DNA of 39,442 nt from an uncultured Methanosarcinales archaeon. GTDB taxonomy: Archaea > Nanobdellota > Nanobdellia > Woesearchaeales > CAYSVS01. Below, one piece after another: positions 9,213 to 19,354 of the stretch. Numbering within the stretch: position 1 is the stretch's first letter; each line of letters begins with the position of its first letter. The stretch lies in the NCBI GenBank assembly GCA_964589485.1, contig CAZPRK010000007.1, positions 1 through 39,442 of the forward strand, given 5' to 3'. The translations under genes and the position numbers were made by a program. The notes under the pieces are model-generated. The model did not search any database. It had not been told where the DNA came from and saw only the letters and a list, made by a program, of their open reading frames with translations.

Positions 9213-10193
9213 TTATAAATCTTTATTCCTTATATTTTTAATTAACCTCTTAGCAAGATTAAACAACTTACTTCTAGGAAAGCCAGGAAAAACATTTAAT
9301 TCTATAACATATGCTTTATCTTTACTCAACAAGACATCAACACTTGTAAAATTAACATTATAAGCTTTCGCCGCTTTAATAGCTTGAATTTCAGCTTTTT
9401 TCATTAAATGTTTAGGAATTTTTTTCAAATAATTTTGAGTTTCACCTTTGCCACCTTGACTAATATTAGTAACTACATTCTCTGCATCATTACTTCTTGG
9501 ATAAATATAACAAATTTTACCATAACTAATGTAAAACCTTAAATCAAACTTTCTTTCATTTATTAAATAAGGTTCAATTGCATCTTCAATAATAATATCA
9601 TTTTTTAATAATTCGGATAAAAATTTATCGTTACTTTCTTTAAAACTCCATCCATGATCACTTTTTCTGCTTATAATTCTTCCAGACTTAAATCTAAAGT
9701 TAGTTAATATTTTATTTTTACTAATATAAGTAATTCCTTTACCCATTCCCCCATAACGAACTTTAATGAATATATTCTTTTTTTGAGATAATTCTTTTAT
9801 TTTTTTTATACTTCTTGTAAAATAAGATTTAGGAACAGTTATTTTATTCTTAATCAGTAATTCTTTGATATATTCTTTATCTCTGTCAAAATATAATTTA
9901 CTTGGATGAACAACATATTTAATATTTTTATATTTTTTTTCTAACTTTTTTTGATAAAACTCAAGGTAATTTCTTAATTTATCAAAGAATTTTTTATTTC
10001 CATAAATCCCCCTATACTTTGGAGTTTCTATATAATTATTCCAATACCATTCAGGAAAAAATAAAATAGCGATAACATTTCCTTTAATATCAGGTAATAG
10101 TTTCCCGTATTTTGCAGAAACAACATTTTGTTTAATAAATTTCAAATAAGATTCATAATCAGAAGAATTACCTATTGCCAAAATAGTTGTCAT
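9213..10193 (-). CDS. ATP-grasp fold ligase (RimK / YheC-YheD-like)
   Basis: FIKVRYGGMGKGI, KFDLRFY, VVTNISQGG, SVDVLL..VIELNVFPG. Confidence 0.85.
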   Translation of the reverse strand: MTTILAIGNSSDYESYLKFIKQNVVSAKYGKLLPDIKGNVIAILFFPEWYWNNYIETPKYRGIYGNKKFFDKLRNYLEFYQKKLEKKYKNIKYVVHPSKLYFDRDKEYIKELLIKNKITVPKSYFTRSIKKIKELSQKKNIFIKVRYGGMGKGITYISKNKILTNFRFKSGRIISRKSDHGWSFKESNDKFLSELLKNDIIIEDAIEPYLINERKFDLRFYISYGKICYIYPRSNDAENVVTNISQGGKGETQNYLKKIPKHLMKKAEIQAIKAAKAYNVNFTSVDVLLSKDKAYVIELNVFPGFPRSKLFNLAKRLIKNIRNKDL

Positions 10194-10233
10194 TTATTTA
10201 TTTTAAAATTAATTGTTTAAATAGTTATTTAAT

Positions 10234-10587
10234 TTATTTTGTTGTTACATTATGTTCATAATTTTGAGAGCCTATTGCAATCGGTTGGTTAGCTGGTTGC
10301 CTTCCTCTTAATTTATGTTTGTGCATTAAAGATTGAGTTTTACGTAATTCAACTAATTGAGTTACAATTAATTCTAATTTATTAGGATCAATAGAAGTTG
10401 CAATTTTTCTTAATTCTTTATTTGAAAGATGATATAACTTTTTTTGAAATTGATTTCCATATAAAGACAAAGCTCCTCCCAAGTAAATAATTTCATCATG
10501 CGTAGAATGACTTTTCATTCCTGTAATTATAGAGGGAAACCTAGTCTCAAATTCACCATACTCTTTTTTTTGATTAAATCTATACAT
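10234..10587 (-). CDS. hypothetical protein (117 aa)
   Basis: ORF directly downstream of the NSS transporter; no motif. Confidence 0.5.
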   Translation of the reverse strand: MYRFNQKKEYGEFETRFPSIITGMKSHSTHDEIIYLGGALSLYGNQFQKKLYHLSNKELRKIATSIDPNKLELIVTQLVELRKTQSLMHKHKLRGRQPANQPIAIGSQNYEHNVTTK

Positions 10588-10600
10588 GAATATAAAAAAA

Positions 10601-12064
10601 TTAACTTTCGTGTTTCACAAAAACCATTTTAATAGCAATAACAATTGGAATAGCTACACTTAGCCAACCTAAATATATTGCCCACATTGGATATCCTTCG
10701 TAAGGTGCTTGTATTTCTTTGTAAAATTGTACTACAATTAACAAAATTAATACAATAGGAATTACATATTTAATTGAATAATCCCACCATTCGCTAATTT
10801 GTAGTTTACTTACAGAGTTAATATATTCTCTTAAATTATGTGCTCCATAAGTCCAACCTACAGCTAAACATTGTAATATCCCTACAATTACTAATCCAAA
10901 ATTTGTTACAAAATGGTCAAATATATCTAAAAAATATAATCCTGCTTTTGTTACAAACAATATTCCTAATAAAAAACAAACTGAACAAACAATCATTGCA
11001 ATCTTATTTTTCTTAGCTTCTTGATATTTATCATACAATACTGTGTTTACTGCTTCCACTAATGAAAATGCACTGTCAATTCCTAATGTTAATAACATTA
11101 AAAAAAACAAAGCCGAAAATAACCAAGCGAAAGGCATTAATGATAATGCTTGTGGGAATACAACAAATGCTAGTCCAGGTCCTGAAGCTATAACTTCAGA
11201 CACTGCAACATTAGTTGAAGTTGCCATAAACCCTAAAACTGAAAATACAACAAAACCTGCAAATAAACTTATGCCTGAATTTGTTAATGCCGTAATCCAT
11301 GCATCTCCTACAACATCTTGATCTTGTTTATTGTAACTTGCATAAGCAATCATTATTCCAAAGCCAAGACTTAAAGTAAAAAAGATTTGAGATGCAGCAG
11401 CTAACCAAATTTCTGTGTTTAGTAATGCAGAGAAATCAGGAGTTATATAAGCCATAATTCCAGCCATTGCTCCTTCTAATGTAATTCCTCTTATGAATAA
11501 TACCACTAATAATATTAAAGGTAAAGGCATTGTCCATGTAACAACTTTTCCAACACTTTTAACTCCTTTTCTAACACATAAATATATCATAACCCATACT
11601 GCTAGTAAAGAAAAGAATAACATTAAATTTATTCCACCTACTTCATTAACACCTGAAGAAATTTGTAAAACATTATTAAAAAAATATCCTTTTGAATCCT
11701 CTGCCCAAGGTAAAGTAGTAGAAAAACTTTTTACTAAATATACTAACGACCAAGCCATTACTGCTGCATAATAAACTACAACAATAAACCCAGAAAAAAT
11801 AGCCATAAATCCAATTCCGCTTAATTTATTATTAACACTTTTAAATGCATGTATTGCACCTTTTTGTAACTTTTGTCCCAAACCAAATTCTAAAATTAAT
11901 AATGGGATTCCTAAAACAAATAACGCAATTAAGTAAGGTATAAGAAAAGCTCCACCGCCATATTCATAAGCTAAATAAGGAAAACGCCAAATATTTCCTA
12001 AACCAACAGCACTCCCAATAGCTGCAAATAAGAAAATAGTTCTTGATGACCATCTATCTCGCAT
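10601..12064 (-). CDS. sodium-dependent transporter, NSS/SNF (LeuT-like) family
   Basis: RDRWSSR..AAIGSAVGLGNIWRFPY..GGGAFLIPY; QIFFTLSLGFG; GPGLAFVVFP; SD GGGGTG upstream. Confidence 0.96.
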   Translation of the reverse strand: MRDRWSSRTIFLFAAIGSAVGLGNIWRFPYLAYEYGGGAFLIPYLIALFVLGIPLLILEFGLGQKLQKGAIHAFKSVNNKLSGIGFMAIFSGFIVVVYYAAVMAWSLVYLVKSFSTTLPWAEDSKGYFFNNVLQISSGVNEVGGINLMLFFSLLAVWVMIYLCVRKGVKSVGKVVTWTMPLPLILLVVLFIRGITLEGAMAGIMAYITPDFSALLNTEIWLAAASQIFFTLSLGFGIMIAYASYNKQDQDVVGDAWITALTNSGISLFAGFVVFSVLGFMATSTNVAVSEVIASGPGLAFVVFPQALSLMPFAWLFSALFFLMLLTLGIDSAFSLVEAVNTVLYDKYQEAKKNKIAMIVCSVCFLLGILFVTKAGLYFLDIFDHFVTNFGLVIVGILQCLAVGWTYGAHNLREYINSVSKLQISEWWDYSIKYVIPIVLILLIVVQFYKEIQAPYEGYPMWAIYLGWLSVAIPIVIAIKMVFVKHES

Positions 12065-12128
12065 AGTAACACCCCGTAGTATAATTTAAAATAATAATGG
12101 AAAAGTTATATATAAGTATTTCTATGTT

Positions 12129-12662
12129 CTATTTCCACTTAATGCTACAACCCATACTAGGTTTAAACCAATCAAGAATTTCTTTTCCTTCCATTAAAAA
12201 AGTAATTGCATCCTTTAAACTTTCTTCATTAACTCCATCGTTTGGATTCATAGAATCATTTATTCTCCCATGATAAACTAATTTATGTTCTTTATCTAAT
12301 AAATATGCTTCAGGTGTACATACAGCTCCTAAGGCTTTAGCTACTTCTTGTGTTTCATCTATTAAATAATATTTTAATCCTAATTCATGTGCTAGTTCTA
12401 TCATTTGTTCCTTACCATCTTCAGGATATTCTTCCGCATCATTTGAGTTTATGCAAATAAAAGGAATATCTAATGATTGCAATTCTTTAATTATATCAAG
12501 TTTAGATCTAACATATGGACAATGATTACACATAACTAATATAACAACAGCTTGTTCATTAAAGTCAGATAAACTAATTGTAGTATCATCATAATTTTCT
12601 AATGTAAAAGAAGGAACTTTATCTCCTTTTTGTAAAGTTTGTTCCGATTTAAGTAAAACCAT
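12129..12662 (-). CDS. AhpC/TSA-like thioredoxin family protein
   Basis: MCNHCPYV, INSNDAEEYPED, AVCTPE, YHGRIND, PSMGCSIKWK. Confidence 0.9.
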   Translation of the reverse strand: MVLLKSEQTLQKGDKVPSFTLENYDDTTISLSDFNEQAVVILVMCNHCPYVRSKLDIIKELQSLDIPFICINSNDAEEYPEDGKEQMIELAHELGLKYYLIDETQEVAKALGAVCTPEAYLLDKEHKLVYHGRINDSMNPNDGVNEESLKDAITFLMEGKEILDWFKPSMGCSIKWK

Positions 12663-12688
12663 AAAAAGAAAAAGTAATTAATTAATAT

Positions 12689-13078
12689 TTAATAGTTTTG
12701 ATTTGAATTAGTTTCAATTTGATTTAAAGTATCTCTACAATTAATTAAATCAGTATACAAACTTAAAGTTAAATCTTCAACCATTGATTTTTTTAACATA
12801 ATAGGATATCCAAAAGGATTATGTTCAATCATATTTCTTGCAATAATTTCTATTCCACTATCTTCAAAGTCAGTTATTCTTGTAGCAATATTTATACCGG
12901 CAATGTAAACATCAGGTTTAAAATCAACAATCCCAGGAACTACAATTCTTGGTTTATCTTGAAGTATATTATCGTAATGTATTTGATCCCATGTAGTTAA
13001 TCTGTTTACAGATTTAATTAAACTATTTCCTTTTGGTGTTAATGTTACTATTCCTGATTCATATTTTGTATTAAACAT
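12689..13078 (-). CDS. hypothetical protein (129 aa)
   Basis: ORF with own upstream TTTTTTAAAC box; no motif. Confidence 0.55.
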   Translation of the reverse strand: MFNTKYESGIVTLTPKGNSLIKSVNRLTTWDQIHYDNILQDKPRIVVPGIVDFKPDVYIAGINIATRITDFEDSGIEIIARNMIEHNPFGYPIMLKKSMVEDLTLSLYTDLINCRDTLNQIETNSNQNY

Positions 13079-13161
13079 AAATTTGAGAATGTTATGAATG
13101 TTTAAAAAACTTACTTAGAATCAACATAACTTTTATAAACAATTATTTATTTCATAATTCC

Positions 13162-14241
13162 ATGTACAAAGTAATTACATTTTATAGATATGTATCGTTA
13201 AATGACACCAATAAAGTAATTAACAAACTAAAACATTTATGTAAAAAATTAATGATAAATGGGAGAGTTTTACTTGGTGAAGAAGGGATTAACGGTGGAG
13301 TTTCTGGAACTATAGAAAACATTGAAACTTTCAAAAAAGAAATAGAATCAATATTTCCTAATTTAACATATAGGGAACAAAATTCTAAAAATAACCCTTA
13401 CCATAAATTAGTTTTAAGAGAAAGGGATGAAATAGTTGCATTTGGAGAAAAAGTTAATATTTCTAATACAGGAAATCATATTAAGCCTAAAGAATTTAAA
13501 GAAATGTTAGATAATAAAGAAGATATTATTGTTTTAGATGCAAGAAACGATTATGAATTTAAAGTTGGAAAATTTACTAATGCTATTGATTTGGACATAA
13601 CTAATTTTAGAGATTTTGGAAAAAAAGTAAATAAACTTGAAGAATATAAGGATAAAAAAATAGTTATGTATTGTACTGGGGGAATAAGGTGTGAAAAAGC
13701 TTCTGCTTTTCTAAAAGAAAAAGGGTTTAGTAATGTAAATCAATTAGAAGGTGGAATTATTGCATATGACACTGAGTTTCCAAAAACACATTTTGAAGGT
13801 AGTTGTTTTGTTTTTGATAACAGAAAAACATCTAGAATGAATAATCCAATAAGTGAATGTAAAATATGTAATGAAAAAACAGATGAAATAACTAATTGTC
13901 ATAATATTGATTGTGATAAATTATTTGTATGTTGTACTTCATGTCAAGAAAAAATGAATTCTTGTTGTAATGAAGAATGTAAAAATTCACCTAAACAAAG
14001 ACCAAAAAAAGAAATTAAGAAAGTAATAGGTAAGGTAATTAATTATTATGCAAAACCAAAAATAGCTTATGTTGAATTATTTGAAGAAGCTAAAGACATT
14101 TCTATTAAAGGAAAAACAACTAAGGAATTTAACATAACATTAAATAATCCTATTAATGAAGAAGGAGAAACAAGGTTTATAGGAAAAGTTACTTTCCCTA
14201 TTAGTTCTAAAGTTAGAAAAAATGATTTGGTTTTAGTTTAA
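13162..14241 (+). CDS. trhO: tRNA U34 hydroxylase TrhO (YceA/UPF0176 rhodanese family) with C-terminal extension
   Basis: GRVLLGEEGING, LDARNDYEFKVGKF, MYCTGGIRCEKAS, QLEGGI, FEGSCFVFDNR, Cys-rich C-terminal domain. Confidence 0.88.
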   Translation: MYKVITFYRYVSLNDTNKVINKLKHLCKKLMINGRVLLGEEGINGGVSGTIENIETFKKEIESIFPNLTYREQNSKNNPYHKLVLRERDEIVAFGEKVNISNTGNHIKPKEFKEMLDNKEDIIVLDARNDYEFKVGKFTNAIDLDITNFRDFGKKVNKLEEYKDKKIVMYCTGGIRCEKASAFLKEKGFSNVNQLEGGIIAYDTEFPKTHFEGSCFVFDNRKTSRMNNPISECKICNEKTDEITNCHNIDCDKLFVCCTSCQEKMNSCCNEECKNSPKQRPKKEIKKVIGKVINYYAKPKIAYVELFEEAKDISIKGKTTKEFNITLNNPINEEGETRFIGKVTFPISSKVRKNDLVLV

Positions 14242-14279
14242 ACCAAACAATTAATAAACAACTAAAATATCCACATCAT

Positions 14280-16178
14280 ATGCAATATAAAGGTTTCACA
14301 TTAGATAAATTTCAAGAAGATGCAATTAAAGCAATAAATAATAATGAAAGTGTTGTAGTTTCAGCTCCAACTGGAAGTGGAAAAACTTTAATTGCAGATT
14401 ACATAATTGAAAAAGATTTAAAGAAAGGTATAAGAGTTATATATACCGCTCCAATTAAAGCTTTATCTAACCAAAAATATAAAGAATTTAGTAAATTATT
14501 TGGTGAAGAAAATATAGGATTATTAACAGGAGATATTGTAATTAATTCTAGAGCTCCAATTTTAATCATGACAACTGAAGTTTATAGAAATATGTCTTTA
14601 GTTGATGATATAACTTTAGAAGATGTTTCTTATGTTATTTTTGATGAAGTACATTATATTAATGATTATGAAAGAGGATATGTATGGGAAGAGTCTGTAA
14701 TTTTTTCAAAAGATCATGTAAGGTTTATTTGCCTTTCAGCAACTATTCCCAATGCTGATCAATTTGCATCATGGATTTCTACAATAAAAAAACATAAAGT
14801 TGCTGTCATTCATCATACAAAAAGAAATGTTCCATTAAATAAACAATTCTATGATTCTGAATTAGGCATTTGTACATTAGAAGACATTAAAGAAGTTTAT
14901 GACATCCCACATTATGACTCATTCAGAAACAAAAGAAAAAGACCAAAAGTTATTCCTCCTAATCATATAGAATTAGTTAAAGACTTAGGCGATAACCTTC
15001 CATGTTTCTTTTTTGATTTTTCTAGAAAAAATTGTCAAAATAATGCACTTACATTATCTAAAGAAAGATTATTTCCTTTAAACCCAGAAATCCAAAAACA
15101 TATGAGAGAAAAATTAAGTAAAACTTCTAATAAAGTTAATGAATTAAAATCAACATCTATATTAAAAAAAACACTCCCATATGGAATTGCATTCCATCAT
15201 GCTGGGTTGCTTCCAATAATGAAAGAATTAGTTGAAGAATTATTTGAAAAAAGTCTAATTCATGTATTATATACAACCGAAACTTTCGCAGTTGGAATTA
15301 ACATGCCAGCTAAAACAGTTTGTTTTGCATCATTAAGAAAATTTGATGGAATGAATTTTAGATTTCTTAACAGTAAAGAATATTTTCAAATTGCAGGAAG
15401 AGCTGGAAGAAGAGGAATAGATAAAGTTGGATTTTCTTATGCAATGATTGACAGAAGAGATTTTGATTATAAATTATTAAAAAAAATAACTGAGAAAGAT
15501 GTTGAACCTATTAAATCTCAATTTAGACTTTCAGTTAATACTGTACTAAACATAATCCAAAGACATAGTGATGAAGAAATTAAACATATACTAACTATGA
15601 ACTTTGATACATACCAAAGGTATGGAAATAATTTCGCAAATGCTACAAAAACTATTTCTAAATTTAAGTCAATAGTGAAAAAATTAAAAAAACTAAAATA
15701 CATTGAAGATGATAAATTAACATATAAGGGAGAATTTGCAGCAAGGATATATGCAGACGAAATTATTACTGCCGAAATATTTGCTACTGATTTTTATAAA
15801 AATTTAGAAGAGTACGAAATTACTATGATACTTTGTGCTATATGTTATGAGCCTAGAGAAACCACTAAATTTTTCAACGTATTCAAATCAAAAAAAGTTT
15901 TTAATCTAAAACGTAAATTAAGGAAATTTAAAGATAAACATTTTATTAATTTACTTGACTTAACTGCATTTATTGATCCGTTATATAAAGAAAAAACATT
16001 ATTTGACATATTAGATAATACCAATTTATTGGAAGGGGATGTTATTAGATTACTAAGACAAATTCTAGATAGAATAGGTCAAATGAAAAAAGCTACACAT
16101 GACATTGATTTGTCACATACTTTAGATAGTATTGCATTTAAAATTGAGAAATCCATGGAAGAAATTGATATGATATAG
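14280..16178 (+). CDS. Ski2/HelY-like superfamily II RNA helicase
   Basis: APTGSGKT, YTAPIKALSNQKY, DEVH, SAT, HHAGLLP, TETFAVGINMPA, QIAGRAGRRG, C-terminal EGDVIR (DSHCT-like). Confidence 0.92.
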   Translation: MQYKGFTLDKFQEDAIKAINNNESVVVSAPTGSGKTLIADYIIEKDLKKGIRVIYTAPIKALSNQKYKEFSKLFGEENIGLLTGDIVINSRAPILIMTTEVYRNMSLVDDITLEDVSYVIFDEVHYINDYERGYVWEESVIFSKDHVRFICLSATIPNADQFASWISTIKKHKVAVIHHTKRNVPLNKQFYDSELGICTLEDIKEVYDIPHYDSFRNKRKRPKVIPPNHIELVKDLGDNLPCFFFDFSRKNCQNNALTLSKERLFPLNPEIQKHMREKLSKTSNKVNELKSTSILKKTLPYGIAFHHAGLLPIMKELVEELFEKSLIHVLYTTETFAVGINMPAKTVCFASLRKFDGMNFRFLNSKEYFQIAGRAGRRGIDKVGFSYAMIDRRDFDYKLLKKITEKDVEPIKSQFRLSVNTVLNIIQRHSDEEIKHILTMNFDTYQRYGNNFANATKTISKFKSIVKKLKKLKYIEDDKLTYKGEFAARIYADEIITAEIFATDFYKNLEEYEITMILCAICYEPRETTKFFNVFKSKKVFNLKRKLRKFKDKHFINLLDLTAFIDPLYKEKTLFDILDNTNLLEGDVIRLLRQILDRIGQMKKATHDIDLSHTLDSIAFKIEKSMEEIDMI

Positions 16179-16221
16179 TTATTAAAAAATATTATTTTTA
16201 AAACAAACTTCAAACATTAAA

Positions 16222-16239
16222 ACGAAAAGTTTATAGATA
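16222..16239 (+). promoter_or_regulatory. archaeal BRE-TATA-like promoter
   Basis: ACGAAAAG-TTTATAGA; box begins about 29 nt upstream of ATG 16259. Confidence 0.55.
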
Positions 16240-16258
16240 ATTAAAACCATTTAACTAT

Positions 16259-16762
16259 ATGATCAAAAAAATAATTATTTTAACTTTTTTTATATTTATA
16301 ATAGGTTGTACTTCAAATGAAATTAATACTGAATCTACAATTAATTGGCAAGATATAGAATTAAAAGATATTAACTCTCAAGAAACTTTTACAATTGGCG
16401 AATTTAAAAAACCAGTATTAATAGAAAGTTTTGCAGTATGGTGTCCTACATGCACAAGACAACAAAATGAACTAAAAAAATTACACAAAGAAGATGATTC
16501 TTTTATTTCAATTACATTAGACACTGACCCAAATGAAGATGAAGCATTAGTTAAAGAACATACAAATAAACATGGTTTTGATTGGAGGTATGCAATTTCA
16601 CCAAAAGAATTAACTCAAGAGTTAGTTAACATTTTCGGAATTAATTTTGTTAATGCTCCTTCCGCTCCAATTGGGTTATTATGTCCTGGAAAAAAACCAA
16701 AACTATTACAAACTGGTTTCAAATCAAAAGATGAATTAAAAGAGGCATTAGTAACATGTTAA
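16259..16762 (+). CDS. TlpA/ResA-like thioredoxin lipoprotein
   Basis: Signal peptide with IIGC lipobox-like motif; FAVWCPTC active site. Confidence 0.85.
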   Translation: MIKKIIILTFFIFIIGCTSNEINTESTINWQDIELKDINSQETFTIGEFKKPVLIESFAVWCPTCTRQQNELKKLHKEDDSFISITLDTDPNEDEALVKEHTNKHGFDWRYAISPKELTQELVNIFGINFVNAPSAPIGLLCPGKKPKLLQTGFKSKDELKEALVTC

Positions 16763-17433
16763 CAAACTTATGGATTTCTTTAATAGCTGGAGTTTTAGCT
16801 CCATTAGGTGCAGTTTGTGTTCTTCCACTATATCCAGGGTTTTTAGCTTATCTATCAAATAAATTAAAAGGAAAAGTTGACAAGAAAACTTACATTCTAC
16901 TTAGTTTAAATGTTACTTTAGGAATTGTAGTTTCTATGTTCATTGTTGGTTTAATTTTTTCTAAATTTTTACAAACATCTTTAACTAATGCAATTGGAAT
17001 TATTTCACCTATAGCTTTTAGCATTTTAGGTATAATTAGTATATTTTTATTATTCAATAAAGATTTCAGTACATTACTACCTAAAGCAAATGTTCCTATT
17101 AATCAAAACCCTTTATGGAGTTCCTTTTTATTTGGTTTATTCTTTGGAGCAATTGTTCTTCCATGTAATCCAGGAACATTAACAGTATTATTTGCAGTTT
17201 CTACTACAACAACAAATTTCATATTAAATTTACTTAACTTTGTGTTTTTTGGAATTGGAATGTCATTGCCATTAATATTATTCTCAGTGTTATCTTCAAA
17301 TAAAAGTCAAGAAGTTATTTCTTGGTTAACTAAACATAAAAGTGCTATAAATAGAATTACTGGATTAATTATGTTAAGCATTTCATTATATTATTTAATA
17401 TTTATATTTGAAATATTCAAAAGTTTATTTTAA
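16756..17433 (+). CDS. ccdA: CcdA/DsbD transmembrane electron transporter
   Basis: VCVLPLYP and VLPCNPG redox Cys motifs, six TM helices, coupled to the thioredoxin gene. Confidence 0.8.
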   Translation: MLTNLWISLIAGVLAPLGAVCVLPLYPGFLAYLSNKLKGKVDKKTYILLSLNVTLGIVVSMFIVGLIFSKFLQTSLTNAIGIISPIAFSILGIISIFLLFNKDFSTLLPKANVPINQNPLWSSFLFGLFFGAIVLPCNPGTLTVLFAVSTTTTNFILNLLNFVFFGIGMSLPLILFSVLSSNKSQEVISWLTKHKSAINRITGLIMLSISLYYLIFIFEIFKSLF

Positions 17434-17477
17434 CCAAAAAAGATAATTATATATAAAATAAATAACCTAATAATGCT

Positions 17478-18452
17478 ATGAACAAAACAATTATATTTTG
17501 GATAAGTATTTTATCTATATTCTTAGTAGGTTGTACTGGACCAACTGTCCCAATTCAAGAAAATATACAAAGTAATAATGAAATTAAATTATTACCAGAC
17601 GGAACAAAGTACTTAGTGCACCCAGATAAAATTAGAGGTGGAGGTCCACCAAAAGATGGAATTCCAAGTTTAGATAACCCAGAATATGTTACAGTTGATG
17701 AAGCTGATGAATGGATTAATGATAAAGCCTTAGTTTTAGCTATTAATTATAAAGACATAAAAAGAGTTTATCCTTTACAAATTATGACATGGCATGAAAT
17801 TGTAAATGATAACATTGCTGGAGATCCAATATTAATAACTTACTGCCCGTTATGTGGAAGCGGGATTGCATATGAAAGAAAGATAAATGGCGAAGAAGTT
17901 GAATTTGGAACTTCTGGAAAATTATATAATTCTAATTTGGTTATGTATGATAGAAAAACAGATACATATTGGACTCAAATAGAAGGAAAAGCAATATTGG
18001 GAGAGTTAACAGGTCAAGAGTTAACTTTAATTTCTTTAGAAACAGTTGAATGGGATCAATGGAAAACACAACACCCTGATTCAGAAGTTTTAAGCAAAGA
18101 AACTGGTTATAGAAGAGATTATACAAATGATAAAGGACCTTATTCAAATTACTTCGCAAATGACTTTTTATTTTTCATGCCATTAGAAAATGAAGCTCCA
18201 ACTAACAAGTTAGCAAATAAAGAATTTGTTTATGGAATTAGAATAGGAAATAAGTATAAAGCTTATGCAAAAAGAGATATTAAAGGAACTATTGAAGATG
18301 AATTTAATGGAATTAAATTAACCATTACACAAAAAGATGATGGAAGTGTAATTTTTACAAATTCTGATGGTATTGAAATCCCTAAAGAAGTTGATTTTTG
18401 GTTCGCTTGGTTTACTTTTCATCCTACTACTGAACTATTTGATCCCAACTAA
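17478..18452 (+). CDS. DUF3179 family lipoprotein
   Basis: GGPPKDGIPSLD, WHEIVND, TYCPLCGSG, FGTSGKLYNSNLVMYDRKT, FWFAWFTFHP; LVGC lipobox. Confidence 0.88.
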   Translation: MNKTIIFWISILSIFLVGCTGPTVPIQENIQSNNEIKLLPDGTKYLVHPDKIRGGGPPKDGIPSLDNPEYVTVDEADEWINDKALVLAINYKDIKRVYPLQIMTWHEIVNDNIAGDPILITYCPLCGSGIAYERKINGEEVEFGTSGKLYNSNLVMYDRKTDTYWTQIEGKAILGELTGQELTLISLETVEWDQWKTQHPDSEVLSKETGYRRDYTNDKGPYSNYFANDFLFFMPLENEAPTNKLANKEFVYGIRIGNKYKAYAKRDIKGTIEDEFNGIKLTITQKDDGSVIFTNSDGIEIPKEVDFWFAWFTFHPTTELFDPN

Positions 18453-18461
18453 TTGAGTAAA

Positions 18462-18494
18462 ACAAGCGTCCCGAACAAAGTGAGTATATGCTTG
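18462..18494. other. GC-richer hairpin between convergent genes (possible terminator/REP-like element)
   Basis: CAAGC...GA-AC-AAA-GT-GA...GCTTG; same core as at 4954-4965. Confidence 0.45.
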
Positions 18495-18496
18495 GT

Positions 18497-19273
18497 TTAC
18501 ATTCCATCCTGAGACAAATTTGTACTCCTTAATATAGGCACTTGACCAAAAGCAAAATATTTTCTAAACTTTCCTTGATCATTAAGGTTTATAGATAGTT
18601 TATCATCTTCTGCATTTAACCCTATTGTTACCATAGTATTAAATTCAGTATTAAACAGGTTGAAGTTAAATTGAGAAAAAGTTTCTTTAATATACTTCAC
18701 ATTATTTTCTCCAAATAAAGAACCCAAAGCAAAATCTTGATCATTTTCAAACCTATATCTTTCAATTTGCTTTAATTTTCCATCACTACTAATACTTAAA
18801 TCTTCATCACTAGTTAAACTAACTTTCAAACTACGTTCCAAATGCGTTAAATCCTCTTGTAAAGGATGAGACAAATTATTTGAAACTGCATTATCACTTT
18901 CTTTTATAACATAAAGATAATGTTTATTTATTAATAATAGAGCATTTGCAGTTAATTGGCTATCTTGATCTCCTTTCTGATCAACAGAAGAAGAAAGTCC
19001 TTTCATAGATTTTTCTCTAACAGAAAGCTTATGAAAAATAAAATGCTGATCCCCATTTACTCTTTGATCTCCAAAATAAAAAGTAAGCAATCTTACTGCA
19101 TTTTCTATACTTTGCATTTTATATGTTTGCCCATCTGAACTACTCCCATAATAAGAGCTTTGTAAGTGTTCCCATGCTTTAAATTGAGAAGGTTTGGTTG
19201 TATATTTAAAATCACCATCTAATACTACTCCTTCTAATGAGGTTCTTGTTACTTTATCTGTACTATTAAGCAT
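18497..19273 (-). CDS. hypothetical protein (258 aa)
   Basis: Long ORF; AAGATTTATATTTA box about 29 nt upstream. Confidence 0.7.
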   Translation of the reverse strand: MLNSTDKVTRTSLEGVVLDGDFKYTTKPSQFKAWEHLQSSYYGSSSDGQTYKMQSIENAVRLLTFYFGDQRVNGDQHFIFHKLSVREKSMKGLSSSVDQKGDQDSQLTANALLLINKHYLYVIKESDNAVSNNLSHPLQEDLTHLERSLKVSLTSDEDLSISSDGKLKQIERYRFENDQDFALGSLFGENNVKYIKETFSQFNFNLFNTEFNTMVTIGLNAEDDKLSINLNDQGKFRKYFAFGQVPILRSTNLSQDGM

Positions 19274-19354
19274 ATTTCTTGTAAAGGTAAGAATAAATAT
19301 AAATCTTATTGAATTATGGCAAAGTATTTAATATATTAAATATATAATTTACAT

